Shown: one piece after another, positions 26,223 through 32,000 of the stretch | How positions within the stretch are numbered: the first letter of the stretch is position 1 | Layout: each line of letters starts with the position of its first letter | Assembly: GCA_030149205.1 (NCBI GenBank) | Contig: JASBSB010000006.1 | Coordinates: forward strand, 330,001 to 362,000 | Length of the DNA stretch: 32,000 nucleotides | Source of the DNA: Candidatus Heimdallarchaeota archaeon | GTDB lineage: Archaea > Asgardarchaeota > Heimdallarchaeia > Heimdallarchaeales > Kariarchaeaceae | Direction: 5' to 3' | The notes under the pieces: model-generated | The model's input: only the letters and a program-made list of their open reading frames with translations | What the model was told of the DNA's origin: nothing | The model's database searches: none | Made by a program: the position numbers and the translations under genes

Positions 26223-27761
26223 TTGAAAATTGATGTCGCTGAAAGTCAAATCTATAGTGGGATACCAGAGAGAACAGTTGTAATTATTTTTGGTGCTTCA
26301 GGTGATCTAACTAGACGAAAATTGATGCCTGCTTTTTATCATTTGTCTCGAGAGGGTCTCCTCCCCCAAAAAATGAGGATTATAGGGTTAGGAAGAAGAA
26401 TTCTTCTTGAAGATGAATTTATCTCTCACATGAAAAACAGGGTGATTCAGTATTGTACACATAAGATGGAAGACCGTTTTTGGTTGCCAATTGCTGATAA
26501 CATGTTTGCACTTAGAGCAGATTTCAAGGAGGATTCAACCTTTGAGACCCTTATTTCTGAGTTTGATAGACTCGAAAAGGAGTGGGGTGGTCCGATTAAC
26601 AAGCTTTTCTACCTTGCGACATCACCAAGCCACTTTGAGATAGTTTTACAGAAGATGATCCAATTTAGGCTACATGAGGAGATCGCTCCAAACTGGGTCA
26701 GGGTGATAGTTGAGAAGCCATTTGGCTTGGATCTTCAGAGCTCTGATTCCTTGAATCGTTTACTCTTGGAATCATTTCATGAAGATCAGATCTTCAGAAT
26801 CGATCATTTTCTTGGAAAAGAAGCGGTTCAAAACATCTTGATATTTAGGATGTCTAACCTTCTGTTTCAACCTGTCTGGAACAGAGAATTCATAGATCAC
26901 ATTCAAATCTCTATAGCTGAGACTGTTGGAGTTGAGGGTCGGGTTGACTTTTTTGAGCAGACTGGAGCGATCCGAGATATGATCCAGTCACATATTCTTC
27001 AGATTCTGGCATTTCTTATGATGGAACATCCTTCCTCCTTAGATCCAGAAATAATCCGTGATGAGAAAGTTATTCTTTTACGGGCAGTTCGACCATTCTC
27101 AAAGTCAAGCATACAGGAGAATGTTATAAGAGCACAGTATTCTGAAGGGGTGGTCAACTCACAGTTGGTACCTGCCTATAGAGATGAGGAGGGTGTTAAG
27201 AAAGAGAGCTTAGTTGAAACCTACGCAGCAATTAAACTGTTTGTGGATAATTATAGATGGAGGGGTGTCCCAATATATTTGAGAACTGGAAAAAGAATGG
27301 GTGCCAGAAAGACGGAAATAATTATTCAGCTCAAAGAGATTGATTCCACCTCTATGCCTACTGTTTTAGGTAAACAGAGACCCATCCCAAACACTATACG
27401 AATTGAGATTCAACCAAGGGCAGGGGTTGAATTAACTATTGGTTGGAAACCTCCTGGTCTATTGACTGAGGTTGAATCCACCTCATTGACCCTAGGGGCG
27501 AAGGCTCAGCTTAAAGAACCGAAGGCATATGAGAGGTTGTTGTTGGATGTTATGAGGGGAGATTCGACCCTGTTTATTCGATATGATGAAATCCGAGAGA
27601 TGTGGAAGATTGTCGATCCAATAATTAAATACTGGGAGAAGGAGAACAAGGAATTGAAAGCAAAGAACGAGACACTCCCCTCATATCCTGCAGGAACACA
27701 GGGGCCAAGAATTGCTAAAGCCTTTATTGAGAGAGACAATCGCAGCTGGAACAAGCTTTAG
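26223..27761 (+). CDS. zwf: Glucose-6-phosphate 1-dehydrogenase (bacterial/eukaryotic NADP type)
   Basis: TTG start; IFGASGDLTRRKLMP, VEKPFG, RIDHFLGKE, GAIRDMIQSH, WRGVPIYLRTGK, AYERLLLD. Confidence 0.96.
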   Translation: MKIDVAESQIYSGIPERTVVIIFGASGDLTRRKLMPAFYHLSREGLLPQKMRIIGLGRRILLEDEFISHMKNRVIQYCTHKMEDRFWLPIADNMFALRADFKEDSTFETLISEFDRLEKEWGGPINKLFYLATSPSHFEIVLQKMIQFRLHEEIAPNWVRVIVEKPFGLDLQSSDSLNRLLLESFHEDQIFRIDHFLGKEAVQNILIFRMSNLLFQPVWNREFIDHIQISIAETVGVEGRVDFFEQTGAIRDMIQSHILQILAFLMMEHPSSLDPEIIRDEKVILLRAVRPFSKSSIQENVIRAQYSEGVVNSQLVPAYRDEEGVKKESLVETYAAIKLFVDNYRWRGVPIYLRTGKRMGARKTEIIIQLKEIDSTSMPTVLGKQRPIPNTIRIEIQPRAGVELTIGWKPPGLLTEVESTSLTLGAKAQLKEPKAYERLLLDVMRGDSTLFIRYDEIREMWKIVDPIIKYWEKENKELKAKNETLPSYPAGTQGPRIAKAFIERDNRSWNKL

Positions 27762-27851
27762 GTCATGTATGTTATTAGAGTTAGACTAGTTACTTTTAAA
27801 AATAAGATCTGATTTTGTGATGTGATGTGGCCCAGACTAGATTATGTGGAA

Positions 27852-28916
27852 TTATATTGTTTTCACAAAGGAGGCTATTTTGTCTTCGTAGCTGTAGTAA
27901 TTTTTCTGAATATCTTCTCCATCAATTGATTTTCCAATAAATGAATTAAATTCAGAGCGAACCTTTTCCGTTGATCTAACTACCTCGAGAGCAAAGATGA
28001 CATTATCCTTTGTCCCTAAGAAGTATGTGGAATGTGGAGCTTCGAAGGTGTAAAAGTTAACATTTGCCGCCTTCCCAAACCTCAGTTCATCTGTCATTGC
28101 AACAAATGCAGTGAGCATCCCTGAAACAAGTACATCTTTATCTGAGGGAACGTTTGAGTTAGATTTGATATCGAATGTTACCAATGGTTTACCTCCTTCT
28201 GCGATAAGGAGAAATTTCAAAGCCTGATTGATCTGTGAATTAGTAAAAAGAATGGGAACGAATACGATCAGAACAATTGATACAAACCTTAGAAAATCAT
28301 AAGCATTAACTGCCTGTTGACCAAGTGAGCCACTTAAATCAAACCCATTTAACATTGCGAAAATGAACAAGAACACCTCCAATACCATTAAATTAATGAG
28401 GTTGTTTAAACTTCCACCCTCTTTCAAATTTCCTCTGGTGTAATAATACCTAAACAAGATTGTAATAGCTGCGGCCAAGGGGAAAAGGAAGAAGAAAATG
28501 AATCTGAAGGGATCACTGGTTAATATAAAGCCAGCAAAATAGGTTTCATCTTCTATTGCGTTATAAACTACCTCATCAAATGACAACAAGATAGAGATCA
28601 ATGCAAAGCCTGCCACTATTGGAAGTTTGATCTGCTTCTTTAATGAGTCTGAGCTGTTGAAACCAAAGCTTATTGTAATTAACAATAATCCAGAGAGAGC
28701 TCCTGAAACAATTTCAATCTGTTTCATGTAAAATGCTTTGTTGAGTCCCTGAAGCCCATCAAAGAGCACATTAAAAAATTTAAAGGCAATAAAGCCACCC
28801 CAAAGCTCCCAATTCTCCAATTTTCGCTTTCTAGCAAAGTAGATAAAAATTATTAGTGATATTAAAATTATTCCAGCTACCTGGAGTTTTATAATTTTGG
28901 ATTGAGTTAACACCAT
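27852..28916 (-). CDS. 7-TM membrane protein with C-terminal longin/roadblock-like domain
   Basis: Seven hydrophobic segments, then LLIAEGGKPLVTF...LVSGMLTAFVAMTDEL...FYTFE; paralog of 29097-30170. Confidence 0.78.
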   Translation of the reverse strand: MVLTQSKIIKLQVAGIILISLIIFIYFARKRKLENWELWGGFIAFKFFNVLFDGLQGLNKAFYMKQIEIVSGALSGLLLITISFGFNSSDSLKKQIKLPIVAGFALISILLSFDEVVYNAIEDETYFAGFILTSDPFRFIFFFLFPLAAAITILFRYYYTRGNLKEGGSLNNLINLMVLEVFLFIFAMLNGFDLSGSLGQQAVNAYDFLRFVSIVLIVFVPILFTNSQINQALKFLLIAEGGKPLVTFDIKSNSNVPSDKDVLVSGMLTAFVAMTDELRFGKAANVNFYTFEAPHSTYFLGTKDNVIFALEVVRSTEKVRSEFNSFIGKSIDGEDIQKNYYSYEDKIASFVKTI

Positions 28917-29096
28917 GCTAAATGATACAATATGTTTTATTTAATTTAAAGTTTGTTTATGTATTCTCAGGTAATAACTTCAGACCTACATAATGAATTT
29001 CATCTCATTGTTGAATTATAAGTACGAATTTTTGTCAAAGGATGTAGGATAGTGAACTCATTTAGAAATATCATATTCGTGGTTTATTTCAAAATT

Positions 29097-30170
29097 TTAT
29101 ATAGATAAATAAAGTTCTAAAATTATCTGATTTTTCAGATTTTGTGAAAGTTCACTGGACTGTAATTTAAATTTGGCAAATATTTTTTCAACTTTAAACA
29201 AAATTTGACGATAGATATGTTTCGTCCTCAACACAAATATGTGGTCTCCAGTAACTACCAGTGCATAAGATTGATTTAAAGTTTCAAATTCAAAAATATT
29301 TGTTGGATAAGAGTCATTATGGAGATTAAGCTCAAAAGTTAACGACACAAATGCACTTAAAAGTCCCCCAAGTAGAACAGTTTCATTTGTAATCTCGAGT
29401 TCTTTGTAGGCACCTTCATATACATTTAGCACTTTACCTGTCTTCTTCAATACATAAACCCTCTCTAATTGTAGAGGCGTGAAATGCGTTAAAATGATGG
29501 GAAAAATCGTAGATAAGATTACAAAAAATAAAATTGAAGAGATGTGTATTATATCATTAAAAGAATTTATTATTTTTTCAATTCCAAAGGAAAAGATTGT
29601 AAGGATCAGTATGAATACAAGTAACCATCTATTGAGATGGTCAATTATTCTAAATTTCCGTTCCATTAACAATGTCTCTTTTGAATAATAATAGAGAACA
29701 GCAGTTAAAGAGATTATTGGTGTTAAAATAAACCCTACCAACCTAAAATATGTTGTTTGAATTATTCCCCAATAAAACAATTTTTCGTTTAAATAAACAG
29801 AAATAACACTTACTGGTGAAACTATAGCTAACAATGCTATTGGGATAGAACCAAATATAGGAATTTTCAGATTTATTTTCCTTAGATCTAGTGTTGAATA
29901 ATAAAATCCCATATATAGATACAAATTCATCAAGAGAACATAGACGGTTAGCCGTGAACCTTCTAAAAACAAATAAGAATTAGTAAAATCTTGCATTATT
30001 TTCAGAATATTCCCTATAATAAGCAAAAAAAGAATTAAACTCATGATGTACCTATGACTTTGATTCAAGGATTTGTGTCTCATGAAGTAAATTTGAAGAA
30101 TCAGAAACCCAATGATCTCTATTGTTACCTCAAAAAGGGCTATAGAGTACACATTAAAAATCATCTCCAA
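29097..30170 (-). CDS. 7-TM membrane protein with C-terminal longin/roadblock-like domain
   Basis: Seven hydrophobic segments, then YVLKKTGKVL...LLGGLLSAFVSLTFEL...IFEFE. TTG 30170 or ATG 30164 start. Confidence 0.78.
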   Translation of the reverse strand: MEMIFNVYSIALFEVTIEIIGFLILQIYFMRHKSLNQSHRYIMSLILFLLIIGNILKIMQDFTNSYLFLEGSRLTVYVLLMNLYLYMGFYYSTLDLRKINLKIPIFGSIPIALLAIVSPVSVISVYLNEKLFYWGIIQTTYFRLVGFILTPIISLTAVLYYYSKETLLMERKFRIIDHLNRWLLVFILILTIFSFGIEKIINSFNDIIHISSILFFVILSTIFPIILTHFTPLQLERVYVLKKTGKVLNVYEGAYKELEITNETVLLGGLLSAFVSLTFELNLHNDSYPTNIFEFETLNQSYALVVTGDHIFVLRTKHIYRQILFKVEKIFAKFKLQSSELSQNLKNQIILELYLSI

Positions 30171-30327
30171 ATCTATTTAAAGCTATATTTAGATTAGCAA
30201 ATTTATTGACTAATAAATGTACAAATTCATATTATTTTTGAAAAACTATGTAATAATTACATAATTATATGTATATTAATAGAAATTTTCTCATGTTTAT
30301 TTCTGAATTAAACTGTTAACCTATCCA

Positions 30328-31086
30328 TTAAATATCTCGATTACGGTAGAGTATTGTCCCTAGAACAATAGGGAAAACAATCCATACTATTTCAACAGAA
30401 ATAGATTGAACATAGAGAGAATAGTCATTTTCCATAAACTTTACCCATTCCAGTGTTAATGCTGTTGGTGAGAACCATTTTATCCAATCTATAAACTGTG
30501 CAAGAACTGAGACTGAAATATCTAAAACTATGAAGAGTACTCCAATCCCAATTGTTGCTCCTGTGTTTAGTATACTGTTTGTGCTGAGTACCACTGCCAA
30601 AAATATTGTGGTTGCTAAAGATACCTCAATTGAACTAAGTAAAAAAGTCCCAAAATCAGGTGGAGCATAAAAGATGCTCCCAAAGAGGTAAGTGTAGATT
30701 GATGCCAGGATGAGAACAATAAAGAAAGCTGTGAGTTTAAACACTGATTTGAGATAATAGTGCTCGGTATTTGTAATTGGTCTAGAGAGAATGAAGTAAC
30801 CCCTTTTATTGATGTCTGTTTCAGATGAAAAAGCAGTCGAACCATAAATCAATGCAACTATGGCTCCATTTAGAGGGAGATTCCCCCAGAAATCCTTAAT
30901 CAATGCTGTAAAATCTGCTTTTGGTAGATTTGTGATGGTCAACCCACTGGCTTTCAGAATATCAGGCAGAAAGAGGAGAGTGACAGCCGAGAGGGAAGCA
31001 CTAAATACGAAGAAAAGAAATATAATCAGAAGTGACTTTCTTTCCAGCTCAAATAGGTTTAATAGATGGGTAATTTGTCTCTTCAT
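30328..31086 (-). CDS. ABC-2 type transporter permease
   Basis: Six TM segments; FSSETDINKRGYFILSRPI motif; AAGGAGG ribosome-binding site upstream of the ATG; 1 bp after the ATPase gene. Confidence 0.88.
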   Translation of the reverse strand: MKRQITHLLNLFELERKSLLIIFLFFVFSASLSAVTLLFLPDILKASGLTITNLPKADFTALIKDFWGNLPLNGAIVALIYGSTAFSSETDINKRGYFILSRPITNTEHYYLKSVFKLTAFFIVLILASIYTYLFGSIFYAPPDFGTFLLSSIEVSLATTIFLAVVLSTNSILNTGATIGIGVLFIVLDISVSVLAQFIDWIKWFSPTALTLEWVKFMENDYSLYVQSISVEIVWIVFPIVLGTILYRNRDI

Positions 31087-31087
31087 T

Positions 31088-31999
31088 CTAATCCTCCTTA
31101 AAAAGTGATGAAAGGTCTACCATTCCCTTCGAAAAGGAATATATAGTGATTGATGGTGCTTCGGTCAGTTTTTTCAAAAATTCTGGTGTCTGATCATCAT
31201 TAGTCACAGTTACAATAAACTGTCCATTTCTGAGAACTTCAACTCTTACTACATCAGGATAAGTTGCCAGTTCTTCCGCGGTGATGCCTTTGGCTGTTAA
31301 TGCATATCTGTTTTTTATGGGTAAAGCTTCAAGTATATCTGTATATGTCCCCTCACGTACTAATTTCCCTCGGGAAATGATAAGTAGACGATCACAGACC
31401 TGTTCTATCTCACTTACAACGTGATTTGAGAAAAAGATTGTCTTCCCCTCCTCACTTACCAAATGATTGAATAACTTAAGGAGCTGGTCACGGCTGATAG
31501 GATCCAGTCCACTTGAGGGTTCATCAGCGATTATGAGTTCCGGATCATTTATCATCGCATTTGCTATCTTAAGTCTTTGTCTTTGTCCTCTGCTCAAGAT
31601 TTGGGTTGATTTTTTGTAAAAGGATTCTGCCCCCACTCTACGAACCATCTGTTCAATCTTTAAGTTCAGTTCTTTGGTACTGGATGTTGAGAATCTTCCT
31701 GTGTGTCGAAGTAAAGTCTCACCTTTCACCTTTGGTAACTCACTGTCTGGAATCAGGCCAATTCGCTTCTTTATGTTAATGATGTTCTCCTTTACATTCT
31801 CTCCAAAAATATCTATCTCCCCTGAGTCTTGTCTGAGAAACTGGAACATTAATCCAATTGATGTGCTCTTACCTGCTCCATTTGGTCCTAAAAATCCAAC
31901 GATACTTCCCCGTGGGATGGTGAAGGTTAAGTCATTAATCGCTTTAGTTTCACCAAAGGATTTGAATACATTTTTGAACTTGATAACTTCATCACTCAT
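31088..31999 (-). CDS. ABC transporter ATP-binding protein (ABC-2/CcmA-like)
   Basis: Walker A GPNGAGKS, signature LSRGQ, Walker B IIADEP, H-loop SNH. ATG at 31999 is at the window edge, so an earlier start cannot be excluded. Confidence 0.95.
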   Translation of the reverse strand: MSDEVIKFKNVFKSFGETKAINDLTFTIPRGSIVGFLGPNGAGKSTSIGLMFQFLRQDSGEIDIFGENVKENIINIKKRIGLIPDSELPKVKGETLLRHTGRFSTSSTKELNLKIEQMVRRVGAESFYKKSTQILSRGQRQRLKIANAMINDPELIIADEPSSGLDPISRDQLLKLFNHLVSEEGKTIFFSNHVVSEIEQVCDRLLIISRGKLVREGTYTDILEALPIKNRYALTAKGITAEELATYPDVVRVEVLRNGQFIVTVTNDDQTPEFLKKLTEAPSITIYSFSKGMVDLSSLFKED

Positions 32000-32000
32000 T

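Noticed and set aside
30248-30273. TACAT-N6-ATGTA near-palindrome upstream of the 7TM-longin pair
   Set aside because: Low-complexity AT-rich context, and the spacing differs from the 16-bp palindrome.
362-31108. Many short alternative-frame or antisense ORFs in the supplied track (e.g. 362-553, 1873-2148, 5041-5265, 5676-6029, 6301-6606, 7430-7831, 8075-8305, 12355-12630, 17230-17508, 19472-19738, 27506-27754, 30860-31108)
   Set aside because: They lie largely or wholly within better-supported genes, have no recognisable motifs and read as shadow ORFs.
31560-31600. ABC signature LSRGQ instead of LSGGQ as a sign of an inactive ATPase
   Set aside because: This variation is common in ABC-2 type exporters, and Walker A, Walker B and the H-loop are intact.

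Overview
AT-rich archaeal chromosome segment, most likely from an Asgard archaeon of the Heimdallarchaeia type. This is inferred from TATA boxes about 25-32 bp ahead of start codons, 7TM proteins with longin/roadblock-like C-terminal domains, a PAC4-like protein, and surface proteins anchored at the C-terminus. I found no rRNA, tRNA, CRISPR array or transposase. Recognisable genes: M1 aminopeptidase, a CBS-containing IMPDH/GMPR-family enzyme (motifs favour GMP reductase), VOC protein, AzlC/AzlD, YpdA-type flavin reductase, class V aminotransferase, stand-alone Lrp/AsnC effector domain, divergent pgl/zwf and an ABC-2 transporter. The most striking unexplained element is 13814-20777. It holds six paralogous secreted, C-terminally anchored proteins arranged as three tandem, apparently translationally coupled A-B cassettes, with subfamily-specific tails and a shared promoter motif upstream of two cassettes. 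A second candidate system is 22092-23863: a surface protein, a winged-HTH regulator and a 3-TM protein, with a perfect 16-bp palindrome and a helically phased 11-bp repeat array. All family calls rest on motif recognition from memory; no database searches were run.
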